A stretch of DNA of 64,000 bases from Magallana gigas. Its lineage: Eukaryota. The translations under genes were made by a program, and so were the position numbers. The notes beneath the pieces were generated by a model that ran no database searches, was not told where the DNA came from, and saw nothing but the letters and a program-made list of their open reading frames with translations. Positions 49,099 to 62,202 of the stretch are shown here, one piece after another (the first letter of the stretch is position 1; each line of letters opens with the position of its first letter). The stretch covers positions 19,282,001-19,346,000 of the forward strand of contig NC_088854.1 of the NCBI RefSeq assembly GCF_963853765.1, read 5' to 3'.

Positions 49099-50409
49099 AT
49101 TTTTAGCCGTGTATTGAAATCTGACAAGCTAGAGGGGCGTTTCAAAGGGGAAATCTTGGGATTTGTTCATGAATACTATTGAATGAACAATGTCTGAACC
49201 AAGAGGTATTTATAAGTATTGGTAAATTTAAGAAATATGTGGGAAAAATATCTTGGGACAGACTAAATGTGTGCAGTGACCAAATCGGATCTCTTTGAAG
49301 AATCCTTGTCCTGGTTGTATATTCATATTCCTTTGCCCTATTATGTTCATACATGTACTTCACATAAAGAACATGTGAGCTTAATTAGGGTGTGTAAGGA
49401 CCTCAAGTCAAGTTTTCAAGGTCAAGGATTGAAGTCAGATCTGTTTGAAATCTAGTTTTTTATTATCGTTTCTCCCCCTTGGCATTGTGTGTACAATGAC
49501 ATTGAAATATGTTTTTTATGTCAAAGGTCAAGGTCATGACATCTCTGAAATTTCTTTATCCAGACAATGTTTTCTCTCACAATGACCAAATCTTGCTCAG
49601 ACTTGTTTACTGGTTGCAATGCTGGATTATATCAATAAAGCGAAAAGTCGTTGAAATTTTGCTTTAAAAGGTAAAGGAATCTATATGAAGTGATATCTTG
49701 TCAATGTATTTGAACCCAATAAAATTGAATTTATTTCTTGTATGTTTATTAAAACATATGTAGGTAAATTTACACTCTGGCTAACTAACACTTTTTTCTT
49801 TCCCTTTGTGTAATGTAATAGTACTTCATGTAAGGTAGTTGCGCAAAATCGTTTTCAACATAATATAGTGACAACCACAACATTCAACAGTATCAAAATT
49901 TCGTGAGTGTCCATGCCTTCACTAGTGGGTTGAAAACAAAAGCATGATCACATTTATTAAATGCTTTATTGAGTGAAAGATAATTTTATACATATTTACA
50001 ATGATTGTAACAACAAAAATAGTGACTTCATGATAAGTATATCATTTGTATTATACATAATACAATAATTGACTGGATTTCTCTGTAAGAAATATTGTAT
50101 TTAGTTTGTATCGTAATGAAAACAAGATTAACACTTTTCCTTACTCACCTGTTGCAAGTATAAATATATTATACATCCGAAGAAAATACAAAGCTCATCA
50201 TGAAGCGTCTTCAAACAACTCACAAATGAGTTTGAAACAAAAAGAAAAATATCACAAAAATATAGCATGTTAAAATAACAATTTGTGAACTTCATTCTAA
50301 AACATATTTTTTAACAGCATGCATTTGACACTTGATCTGTTGGTGCCTCCTGACAACATTGATGTGAGTTCTTGTCACATGTGATTAACATGCTGTGATA
50401 GCGGTTTGA

Positions 50410-53400
50410 TTAATAGACTTTACTGGTGGCTTTAGCTGTATGTATAGGGCCAAGGGGCATCCCTGGGGACCGGATCCTTTCTGTTGTCATGGAGATCACA
50501 GCTTCCTGGGTACCAGTGGGAGCTTTACTCAGAAGTTGATCAGCATAAAATAACGCCTAAAAGTTCAATTAATTTGGAATATCATACACAAATTAGCATC
50601 ATGACCTTACATAACAAAAATAGTTAAAAGGTTGCAAGGCTCTAATAGCTAGATTATAAAATGATACGTATATACATACCTTAGGAGCACTGACGGTTTG
50701 AACGGCTACAGACTTGGTCAACACTTTACGGAGACCACCCAGTCTTGTGGTGGCGGACAGGACCCTCATCTTATCTACACTGGTGGGAATATGGTTCTTG
50801 GGTCGAGGAATCAAACCCAAATCTCCGAGCTGATAATGGGGAAGGGTGCCACCACTCCTGGCCACAGGAGACATTGGGAGCATTCTACAACAAGGGGAAA
50901 AACTCTATAAAAAGTCTGCTACAAGGGGGATAACTCTTTAAGAAAATAGAATAAATATCACAGATTGAGAGCATATTTGCATGGGCTACAAGTTTATTGC
51001 ATCAATAAAGGCAAAAAATGTAATTGCAATATAAATTTTGAAAAGGGTAGAATTATTGAATTTTTGCATCCAATAATGCATTAATACAGGTACAAATAAT
51101 AATAAAAAAAAATAAATACTTTTAATACTGATAAATGTACAAATGTTAGTAAATAGAAGCCATGTATTTACCCTCTTTTGAGGCCTTGCTTTGAGCCTGG
51201 CATTTCACTGGCACTCTTCTGCCTCATTTCATACTTCCCGAATTCCTCGGGCTGGGGCCCTATACCAATGGCAGCAGCACTGTTCAACAAGATGAGCAGA
51301 TTCTCCAACATGTTGTCCTTCTTCTCAATGTCATTGTACCCACTCTCTGATTCTGTATCATCTGACTTCTTGAAATAAATATGCATGAATATGACATTTT
51401 TTTAATTTCTGGTATATTTCTGTGTTGGTTTAAAAACCTACCTCCTGTACATAATGTGCATGAATTTCATCAAAAGTGAAACACGTATTCATTTGTCTTA
51501 AAACTATTGAAAAATATGTATTATAGTTATTACTCAATAGATATCATTGATATCAACATATAGTACTTTATTAAATTTACATTAAAAAACAAACAGTTAC
51601 CTGGAGCATCATTTTAATGGCCTCTGCAGCATCATACAGAATCCTGTCCACCTTCTCTTTGTTTCTTTTCTCTGCTCTAAATTTAGTTTTGGCTTCCTTT
51701 AGATCTTCCTGTAACTGCTCATTTTCTTTCGCTAAACTCTGGATTTCTTCTCTGTATTGAAAACAAAAATTAATTTTAAAATGCTAAATGACAAATGTGA
51801 ACTAACAAATTGTAGCATTATTGGTATTTTAACATTCTGTGTACATTTTTGGTAGTATTTTGTCCTATATTAGTTCCATTCAATAACACTCACTTGTACC
51901 TATGTATAAGATTTTTCTGTATTTCAAATTTACCCTTACACAGTTGTTGTTAAAAAAACAAGTAAATTTAAGTTTTCAACTATAGTCCCATTTTAAATTT
52001 ACCTCTTTGTCACTTAAAAATAACATATTGTACAGAGATGAAAATTTCTCTGTTTGCAGTAAATGATAGAAATAAGGATTAGAGGATATTTACCTCTGTG
52101 ACTCTACTTGTTGTTTCAGAAAATCAATCTCAGCATCTAACTCCTGATACTCCTGTTCCCTAGAATCAAACTCAGCAATGAGTGCCTCCTGGTTTCGACA
52201 TTTGTCTGTCAGCATCTTGATTAACTGTGAACAAATATATCATTTACTACATTGTAACTAATAAGACGATTTTCATGATTGTTTTGTAACTTTCTCTATC
52301 AGAACAAAATTTGCAATTTAAGGTGAGATTTACAAGAGATACTACATGTACATGCTATAGTGGAAATTTCCTATGATGTACATGTATATGAATGAGAATT
52401 TTTTTTTCACAATCGTGGTTTAAGAACAGATAAAAAAATCATATTTATAATCATCGTTGTTAAATAAATGCTTAATTCTTAGCATCATGTTTGTAAAATC
52501 AACAGAACAAGAGTTAGAGCTTCAGTTGGTTGAATCAACTTTGCAAGGCTCATTGAGTGAGAAAATACCAAAAGTTCATTTTGGGATTAAATATTAGATT
52601 AGTATTAATACCTTTTGATGACTATGGTTTTTCTTGGCTAGTGTTTTTTCATTGTCCTCTAACATCTCTATGTGCTGTTTTTGTTGCCTTTCTTTCTTTT
52701 TCAGTTCATCATTCTCTTGAATCAGCTCCATAGTTTTGTCGGACATCTTTGCTAGCTGGGCTGTAATGGACACATTTTCCCTGATGGTGTTTTTCGTGGT
52801 CTCTGCCATCTGTTTATTGGATACTCTCCTAAATTCTGCAGCCACCTGATTGACTCGTTGAACCATTTCTGATTTCAATCTGCAAGAAAGTGAATTTTTC
52901 TCAATGAATATTTCAATAATAAATAACCTATTAACTAATATTTTTTAAATTATCAGACAAAATCTGAGTATCAAAATGTATCAATGTTGGACAATGACTA
53001 ACTTACACTTTCAGGTGAGCAAAACAAAAATTTATATGCATTTGAAATCATTGCTTTGGTAGTACATTAAAAAAACAAGAAGAATTGGAAGGAAGTTTTA
53101 GACCAATGTTTTCTAAACAAGGCTACCAACCTTGATTTATCTAATACTGCTTTCTTTTCCAGATCATAAATGGCAGATTTGTGGTCCTCATCTTTCTGTT
53201 CTAGTTCCTTTTCCATGTTAGCAAACTTTGCCATCAGTTCTTCTCTGTGCACTTTGAACTCTTCCAGAGAGGCCAATTTACCACCTAAAAATGAATAGTA
53301 AAAAAAGTATTTTACATCGGTAATTCTTTTTTCAACTGAGAAGAAAGATTTTCAGACCAATAAAACCCTATCTTTTTTCATTTGGTTTTTATACATTTAT

Positions 53401-54957
53401 TACAAATACATGTAGATCAATTTAATTTTACTTAGAATTGAATGTTAAGTCATGAATTGTCAAGTCAATTTAGCAAAAGACAAAATTTTTCAAGAATTAA
53501 TAAAATAAAAACTTTAATTAAATTTATTATGATAAGATTTAACTGGATAATCGCATTTACCTAGAATCATGTTATCAGATGTTAGCTGGTCCTTGGTCTC
53601 CTGGAGTTCAGTTTTAATCTGCTGAATGGTGGCATGGGCCTGCTCTTTTTCTAGCTCTCGTGTCTGTTGTAAACCAATCAGCTGTTCATTCAAATCCTCA
53701 ATATCATCATCTACCAAACAAAATACATTCATGCAGTACAAACCTACATTCTGTTGCGTTACCAAAAGTTAATTAAAATACATGTGTCATGCATTTGTTA
53801 ACCTTTAATTAGAAGATGAACCAATCAAGTCCTTGGTGATAAAAAAATCAATACTCTTTTCTCTAGTTTTTGTTAAGCCGGATTTCACAGGTAAAAGTGC
53901 ATAGACCAACATTAAACTCTAATCTGAATTTTATTGCAGTTGTAATTATTGGTATTGATTACTTTTTGGCAATTTCTTGCACTTGCAAACACATGATATG
54001 AACTTACTTTTCTTATTGATTTCTTTTTTCAGGTAATCCACAATATCATTTTTCTGTTTTTCAAGTTGTTCAAATTTTTCATTGTAATTTCCTCTGTTCA
54101 CTTCCAATTCATCACATCTTTTCTGATACCTAGAAATCAAAATATATACATTGTAGATCTATATAAAGTACTCATAAAACTTTTTCTACACTAAATTTTC
54201 AGTCCTCAAATTTTTGTGCATTATTTGCTACAATGGAAATATAACAGTTCAAAAAAATTCTATCTTAAATGGGACTCAAACTTTGGGTTCCTGGTGTACC
54301 ATGCCAGTATACCAACCACTGAGACCCAATTTATTGACTGACAGTCAGTAGGTTGGTCATACACCTGTTAACGTACCCATTTTAATATTCTCCTTCTTTA
54401 GAGAAATTTGCTCCAGAAATCTAAGAGTATAGGACAAGCATGAAGCATGTTCCTGGGGAATGCCCATGGTTTTTCATGGATGGTTCTAAATGTAACTGGC
54501 GGTGAAAAGTCAAGTTTCAAATGAAATTTGAACCAATGCGGGGCCTAGCTCTAGTGTACCATGCCATTGCTGAGTAGAGCTAACCACTGAGCTGCAGAGA
54601 CCCCACAATATTTGACTGACAGTCACACACTTGTTAAACGGGTGACACATGCGTTGTGTATTATTTCAGGCAAAATATTTACATGTATAGCTATATATAT
54701 ATATGTATCTATATATGCATGTACATGTATATTGAATGCTAAATAAAAACAAGTTCATAAATGTCAGAATAAGAAATGTATGTACTCAGTATATATATTT
54801 ACCTTTGCAATCTGTTCTCTAAGTCTCGAATTTGAATGATAAAATATTCTTTTGACAGTTCATTCATGGTTTCGATACTTTTGGAAGGGGATCCTCGGCC
54901 AGACTTCTTGGCACTTTTCTTCCCCTTCTTCCCACTCTTCTTCTTTTTGGGAGGCAT
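50410..54957 (-). CDS. CFAP157: Cilia- and flagella-associated protein 157
   Basis: [101 protein letters not shown] matches recalled human [42 protein letters not shown] and YQPGDLGLVPR. Final exons 51368-51172, 50885-50680, 50556-50410 (TAA). Confidence 0.93.
54268..54625 (-). repeat. Two diverged tRNA-like repeat units in CFAP157 intron 1
   Basis: 54268-54347 and ~54525-54625 share GTGTACCATGCCA, AACCACTGAG and TGACTGACAGTCA. On the minus strand they read CTCAGTGGT (A-box-like) and GTTTGAGTCC / GGTTCAAAT (B-box-like). Confidence 0.5.
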
Positions 54958-55136
54958 ATTTGTGTTCTTTTATGATCTACGATATGGATAAATTTTAAAT
55001 AGGAGAAGGAATGCAAGGTTATTTACTATAAGCCTCCACTTCTGTATTATTCATGGAGGACACCATCTTGTTGTCAACAACTGTGTCGTCATTTCCTCGA
55101 TACAGTAAATCACGTGACAGGTCACATGATGTAAAA
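54958..55136. promoter_or_regulatory. Bidirectional promoter CFAP157/PIGC
   Basis: Divergent ATGs 179 bp apart. Tandem E-boxes TCACGTGAC (55110-55118) and GTCACATGA (55121-55129), and a weak RFX-like GTTGTCAACAAC near 55070. Confidence 0.6.
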
Positions 55137-58050
55137 ATGGCAGCGCGCAGGGAAATCAAATGGCGGAAAATTTTGTATGAGCATCAAAATGTTCCCGACA
55201 ACTACGTCGATGAGTCTTTTCTTGAAGAAATGAAAAAGAATTGTAAGCATGTTCCAACTTTTTCCACAATGAACTCGAATTTTACCTTTGATATCTCTTT
55301 GTAACTATTTATTTTTAGATGTTATCAACATTGCGTTAAGAACACTGTGACTGTATGATGTATCTGTTTTTACTTCAAAAATTTTATTTCAGTGTATATA
55401 AGAAACTATGAATATTGGTCAGTTGTAAAAGCATCTGGTGAAATAACACAACAGATAAGTAGGTAAGTAGCTATGATATAATAAAGTTTGACTCCTAAAA
55501 ATCTAAAATGCTTTAAATAAGACCAACGTTGAAGAATTAGAGAGAAAATGTCAGTTAAAAATTAACTGCTTTATTACAATTTTCTTTCAGTATGTGTTTG
55601 TTTATTGTATCGTTTATCTACATGGATGACAAAAGACTCTTACCAGATACCCTAGTTCTAATCACAATTGCTGTCTCTGTGGTTGGATATATTGTCAGTA
55701 AACTAGTAGATAAGTTTACTACAGTAGATTCTTCAGATGATAAGAATCAGAGAACAGGTAAAAATGCATTCATTACTACATGACATGTAGTACATGTAGG
55801 TACTGAATACAAACTAAAGCAGAGAGTTATCTTTGGTTTAGAAAACAAACCTTTACATGAAAATCACAAGAAATACTCTATGGTAAATTTGTCTTCTGGG
55901 TTACTTTACACTAAAACAGTAACTTGAGTAAAACTATAATTTTCTCATATACTGGTACATGTATCTGTATATCTCACATTTAGGAGTGATCCAAATATTT
56001 TTCTTTGCTAAACGATGCTATAATATATTTTACACATCAATATTTTACAGTTTTAGAGGACCTGAAAACATTTGTGATGTTCACAGGATTTAGCTACTGT
56101 TTGTCTCCAGTGCTGGCATCCCTAACAGAGACAATATCTACTGACACAATCTATGCAATGACAACTGTGATGCTTCTTGCCAACTTAGCATTTCATAATT
56201 ATGGAGTACAGGCAGCATTGTTAGTACATGTATAAGTTGTACATACATATATATTACTATCATAGCTTTATTCAATAATAGAAAATTATATTTTGAATAA
56301 ATATTGTTTTAGGCCATGCTTTGTTGAAAACTCCTTCAATATTTTCTCAATATTGTCTCAGTTATAATTTAATTAAAAAGGATTGAAGAATTAAAGGGAC
56401 TTGGACACGATTTTACTGAAAATTTTCAATTTTTTTTTTTCCATTTTCAGTGTTTATACTGATAAAAATAGAAGTTTTCTATGCAATATCAAAATTTGAA
56501 AATCAAATATCAAGTTATAAGCAAGATACAGAGTTCATAATTCTTTGTTTTGTAAACAAAGCTCGAATATTGTCATTTTTGTCATATGTATTGTATTGGT
56601 GTAAGTTTCAATCAAATGTATTTTTCTTTAAAATTTGTTGATACATGTAATAGTATTTATGAAGATATTGAATAAGTTTAAATTGTTTTTTACATGTAAT
56701 TTTGTCTAAGAAATGGTAATTATCTACATTACATTTTTTGTAAACAACTATAAGACTCGAGCTTTGTTTACATAACAATCAATTCTTACCTCTGTATCTT
56801 GCTTTTAACTTGACTTTAACATTCAATATTTTGGTCAATCATTTAAAATGCACCAGTAAACCATTTTATATATAAAAAATAAAATTTTTGATCTCAAATT
56901 GTCCAAGTCCCTTTAACTTTTTAAAGTTGAATCAGTAAAAATGTTTTCCATAACCGCTCTGCCCTGTTAAATGCAATCAATGTTTTGCCATTTAGGGTAT
57001 CCGAAGCCTTCTCACTGAATGCTGCAATATTCGCCTCTGTGTGTCTGGCCTCCCGTCTTCACACTTCCTGGCATGCCTTTGCTACAGTTTTATTCTCACT
57101 ACAAATCTTTGGTCTTTGGCCCAGGTTAAGACACAAAATCAAGGTAATTTATTGAACTGTATATAGACAATGTGCATGAAGTTGATATGTTTTTGTTTGC
57201 TGCAAATCTTGCAACACACTTAAATTCAAAAGAATATTTTCATAGAGTAATTTTTTAGAAACTGTAAAGGTACAATTATTGGTATAAAATTTACCACTAT
57301 GAACGTTTTTTATTTTAATTTTGCAGACCCGATTTTGGAAAAAAGTTATTATATATCTATTTCTCAATTATTGATGAATAAATTTTAACCATAAGTCTTA
57401 AATTTTTAAACATGGCAGTTGCAATATACCCTGCAACATTGATTCTGAATTGAATGCAGTTAATTTTTTCTATTTAGGAGGCATTCCCTGCTGTAAATGT
57501 AACACTGACTGTGGTGTTGGGATCCTTGGCACTGCTGGCTTTGTTTACTGTTTCAATGGTTCCTGCTGTGGTATTTATTCTTGGCCACGTCTTCATTACA
57601 TTTATCTGCCCAGCATGGTTGATCAGTCTACAACCTCTTAAAAAGTAAGATCAACTTTTAAAATGGAAATGTAATACATATGCTCTCAAGTTGTACTAGA
57701 GTTTAGAAGTTTTCCTTGATTTGGATTTAGATTGATGTGTACATGTACATGTATATGTTATTATCAATTTTGAGGAATTTTTCTAAGTAAAGGAGAAAAT
57801 CCGAAAACTGTCCATTCTGTGAGAGAAAGAACTGTTCGAGGCCCAAAGGGCCGAAAGGATTACATAGCAAAAATGTTTTAAGTAAATGCCACTGTCGATG
57901 AGACATCAAAGTGGATTTTTTAATGGAAGGTAAAAATATCAACATTATAAAATCATTTCACTACAGTAACTGTATATGCATTCATTATTTTTTTTTTAAA
58001 TTAGTAATATTCATGGACCATGGGATGAGGCTGTGATAAAAAATGACTGA
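55137..58050 (+). CDS. PIGC: Phosphatidylinositol N-acetylglucosaminyltransferase subunit C (GPI2)
   Basis: Exons ~55137-55242, 55393-55460, 55592-55756, 56051-56219, 56997-57142, 57477-57644, 58005-58050. Motifs [70 protein letters not shown]. Confidence 0.94.
56395..56912 (+). mobile_element. TTAA-flanked MITE, Kolobok-like family A, copy 2 (PIGC intron)
   Basis: Same TIR and internal sequence as 4663-5149; TTAA on both sides. Confidence 0.85.
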
Positions 58051-60337
58051 CATCCAAGATAGAGACTTTACTAGGCATAGCCCGTACACATAAACTCTGC
58101 TAAGGCCCTGGGAAAAGGATAAGCCTCGCCTTGGACGGTGTTCCAGTGAAGAGAAAGCCAAATGCTGTCACAGAAACAAGTGGTATTGTCCAATCAATCA
58201 GAAAGATACCAAACCTTGTGGTTTATGGTAAACACAAGCATCAAGTAAACCAGCGGCATCCTTGATATTATAGTCTGATGGATGTATAGAGATGGTATTC
58301 TATATGTTTGTAATGCTGTACATTTTTATGTATGTTATTATGAGTATATATTTAAACAAATAAACACTTATACAAAAAAGATTGTTCATTATTGAATAAA
58401 AACCAATCACTATTTTTAAAAACTTCAAAATTTTAGCTTATTTGCTCTATAGAATATTTATTTGCATCATTTAATTGGCAGTCTATTGAAAGTTGAACTT
58501 GAAAATCTCTGGGTTGTGCGTACACCATCATATATACCATCCTATATGGTATTCAACATTAACATTTTTCACTTTATGCTGCTCATATTACTCATTGTGA
58601 AACTTATTTCCAATCAAAAATCAAAGTACTGAAAATACTAAAAGCAGTGCTCCTTTTTGTTGACAAATATATTCAGGTTCATTAAAGGCATACGTTTCAG
58701 TTATCTCAGTTTATTGATTGTTAATTATTTTTTATAAACAAACATCTACTTTGGATGAGGTGTAGAAATAAAAATCTGACTTCAGTAAAATAAAACAGCA
58801 CTGGTAACGGTGGTGAAATTGTGATGTAAGTATGGATCGATCAAAACTAAAGTTACTTTGAGAGCACAAACCTAACAACTTACAGCGACCAACCCCAGCT
58901 TTCAAGTTCATTTAGTTACCATAACCTTCACATGGCTGTTCCATTTGTGTAACGTTCTTGTAACGTCTTCATTACATTTATCTGCCCAGCATGGTTGATC
59001 AGTCTACAACCTCTTAAAAAGTAAGATCAACTTTTAAAATGGAAATGTAATACATATGCTCTCAAGTTGTACTAGAGTTTAGAAGTTTTCCTTGATTTGG
59101 ATTTAGATTGATGTGTACATGTACATGTATATGTTATTATCAATTTTGAGGAATTTTTCTAAGTAAAGGAGAAAATCCGAAAACTGTCCATTCTGTGAGA
59201 GAAAGAACTGTTCGAGGCCCAAAGGGCCGAAAGGATTACATAGCAAAAATGTTTTAAGTAAATGCCACTGTCGATGAGACATCAAAGTGGATTTTTTAAT
59301 GGAAGGTAAAAATATCAACATTATAAAATCATTTCACTACAGTAACTGTATATGCATTCATTATTTTTTTTTTAAATTAGTAATATTCATGGACCATGGG
59401 ATGAGGCTGTGATAAAAAATGACTGACATCCAAGATAGAGACTTTACTAGGCATAGCCCGTACACATAAACTCTGCTAAGGCCCTGGGAAAAGGATAAGC
59501 CTCGCCTTGGACGGTGTTCCAGTGAAGAGAAAGCCAAATGCTGTCACAGAAACAAGTGGTATTGTCCAATCAATCAGAAAGATACCAAACCTTGTGGTTT
59601 ATGGTAAACACAAGCATCAAGTAAACCAGCGGCATCCTTGATATTATAGTCTGATGGATGTATAGAGATGGTATTCTATATGTTTGTAATGCTGTACATT
59701 TTTATGTATGTTATTATGAGTATATATTTAAACAAATAAACACTTATACAAAAAAGATTGTTCATTATTGAATAAAAACCAATCACTATTTTTAAAAACT
59801 TCAAAATTTTAGCTTATTTGCTCTATAGAATATTTATTTGCATCATTTAATTGGCAGTCTATTGAAAGTTGAACTTGAAAATCTCTGGGTTGTGCGTACA
59901 CCATCATATATACCATCCTATATGGTATTCAACATTAACATTTTTCACTTTATGCTGCTCATATTACTCATTGTGAAACTTATTTCCAATCAAAAATCAA
60001 AGTACTGAAAATACTAAAAGCAGTGCTCCTTTTTGTTGACAAATATATTCAGGTTCATTAAAGGCATACGTTTCAGTTATCTCAGTTTATTGATTGTTAA
60101 TTATTTTTTATAAACAAACATCTACTTTGGATGAGGTGTAGAAATAAAAATCTGACTTCAGTAAAATAAAACAGCACTGGTAACGGTGGTGAAATTGTGA
60201 TGTAAGTATGGATCGATCAAAACTAAAGTTACTTTGAGAGCACAAACCTAACAACTTACAGCGACCAACCCCAGCTTTCAAGTTCATTTAGTTACCATAA
60301 CCTTCACATGGCTGTTCCATTTGTGTAACGTTCTTGT
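57587..60337 (+). repeat. Tandem duplication, 2 x ~1376 bp, of the PIGC 3' end
   Basis: 57587-58961 recurs at 58963-60337. Identical spurious ORFs lie 1376 bp apart (57727 and 59103), and spot-checked homopolymer lengths are equal. Includes the end of the penultimate exon, the last intron, the last exon (copy at 59381-59426) and the 3'UTR. Confidence 0.95.
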
Positions 60338-61327
60338 TGACCGAAAAGATTTATGCACTTTAACTCATTTAAATAAAATTGATTAAATTATTCAAATATA
60401 GATGAAAAAAAGCAGTGAATTGCTTTATTAGTGTTTTTTATGGGCTAAGAGGGAAGCAATTGCAGCAAAAAAAAAAAAAAATACATAGCCCATTATCATT
60501 AAATTTTGGTGGATTTTGTGATTTTTTTCAATGTCTTTGATGATATAAAACCATGTTTACGTCGCTTACTTCCTGAGTGGGGACTTGAGAAAATAAATCC
60601 CTCTCCCTCAATTTCCTGAATGTCTTCTTTGTTTCTTGTTTTTGAATTTCCACGTGCAAGATACGTCAACTTCCTGTTTAATGTAATTTCACAGTGACAT
60701 GAGCGAGTGAAAAGTCGTATTAACGTGATGAAAAAGGGGGATGTTATAAACTATGAAGATACATCTACATATAATTTCAGTGACTACAGGTGTATACATG
60801 AATAATGAAACAGAAACTCCAACAATTATTTTTTGTCAATAAACTTGAGACTGTATTCACATCACCCTTTTTAGAATTGTGTTCCGAATTCTAGAGCTAA
60901 CTATGCCAGGTTCCTCTGTATTTATGGAAATTGACATATATCTAAGATCGTTCATTATCAAGTGACTTTTATGAATATGATTACGTTTAATGTATTTCAG
61001 AAATCATTTTTATAATCTCTTAATGTCTTCTGTAATTAATTATTTGCACATTTCCAGGAGATGATATCCGGAATATTTTTGCAAATTTCCACGTTGGTTC
61101 CGTCAACCGCCACTTTGATGAATTCACCATTTCTTTTCAATTGTTTAGTAGAGTAATTTGGCATAATATACACACATGCGATGTGTAGTTTGTGAACTGT
61201 TCAGGTACTTTACTCAGTGGAATGAAACGCTATTTTGATAATTTTTTTCTCAGCATACTTCATAAAACAAAAGATCATATGTTTACTATGGATCTGAAAG
61301 TTTTTCATGAATTTAAATATTTAGAAT

Positions 61328-62080
61328 GGATCTAAAGGTTTACTATTGATCCAAAGGTTTACGGTTGATCGAAAGGTTTACTATGTGTCGAAAGGTTTAC
61401 TAATGATCTTGTAAAGGTTTACTATGGGGTTAAGCTTTACTATTGATCTAAAGGTTTACAGTTGATCGAAAGGTCTACTTTTTTTCTCCAATGCTTTATT
61501 TCTATTAAAAATACATTAGTTTTATACATAAAGACAAACACAAAAAGACAGACCACGAACTTTCACTCTCTCACTCATTCTTAATGTACATTTACTATGA
61601 TTCTTAAATTCTTAACATCAATACATATCTGTTGATATAGATATATCGATAATGACTATAATATTATAACCAGTAAGCAGGTGAGGGTGATTAAAAAAAA
61701 TTAAACTTGTATAATTGCAATAAGATTTTCAAGTATTTTCTACCTAGCAGAAAAATAGTTTACTTATTTGCATATCAGAACTTTTCCTTGATTTGTAAAA
61801 TATATATTGTTTTCTGAATTATATAAAAAAGTTTACTATTGATGTAAAGGTTTACTATATCGATCTAAAGGTTTACATTTGATCAAAAGGTTTCCTATTA
61901 ATCTAAAGGTTTAATATTGATCGAGGGTTTACAAAAGATAAATATTTTTTTTTTAATACAAACGTTTTACTATTTGTCTAAAGTTTTACATTGTGTCTAA
62001 AGGTTTACTATTGGACTATAAAGGTTTACAATGGATTAAAGCTTTACTAGATGATTTAATATTGATCAAAAGGTTTACAA
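61328..62080. repeat. Degenerate ~19-20 bp minisatellite in two blocks
   Basis: GATCTAAAGGTTTACTATT-like units at ~61328-61478 and ~61828-62080, separated by a non-repeat stretch. Confidence 0.8.
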
Positions 62081-62202
62081 TGGAGAATTATTATTTTTTA
62101 ATATATTCGATCAGTGCTTAGTTTCTATTCAAGATATATTACTATAGTTAGGTACTCTTTACAACTAATTGTAAATTGTGTTGAAAAATATACTTCCATT
62201 CA

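Noticed and set aside
50780-50880. tRNA/SINE-like A-box and B-box pattern on the minus strand (TGGCCAGGAGTGG...GGTTTGATTCC)
   Set aside because: It is a CFAP157 coding exon ([13 protein letters not shown] matches the human protein); the resemblance is coincidental.
57727-59321. Two identical 72-aa minus-strand ORFs
   Set aside because: They are antisense to PIGC intron sequence and identical only because of the tandem duplication.
60870-61170. Possible pseudogene or exon fragment (minus frame LKRNGEFIKVAVDGTNVEICKNIPDIISW; plus-strand acceptor near 61058)
   Set aside because: Short, interrupted by stops, with no recognisable family or partner exons.
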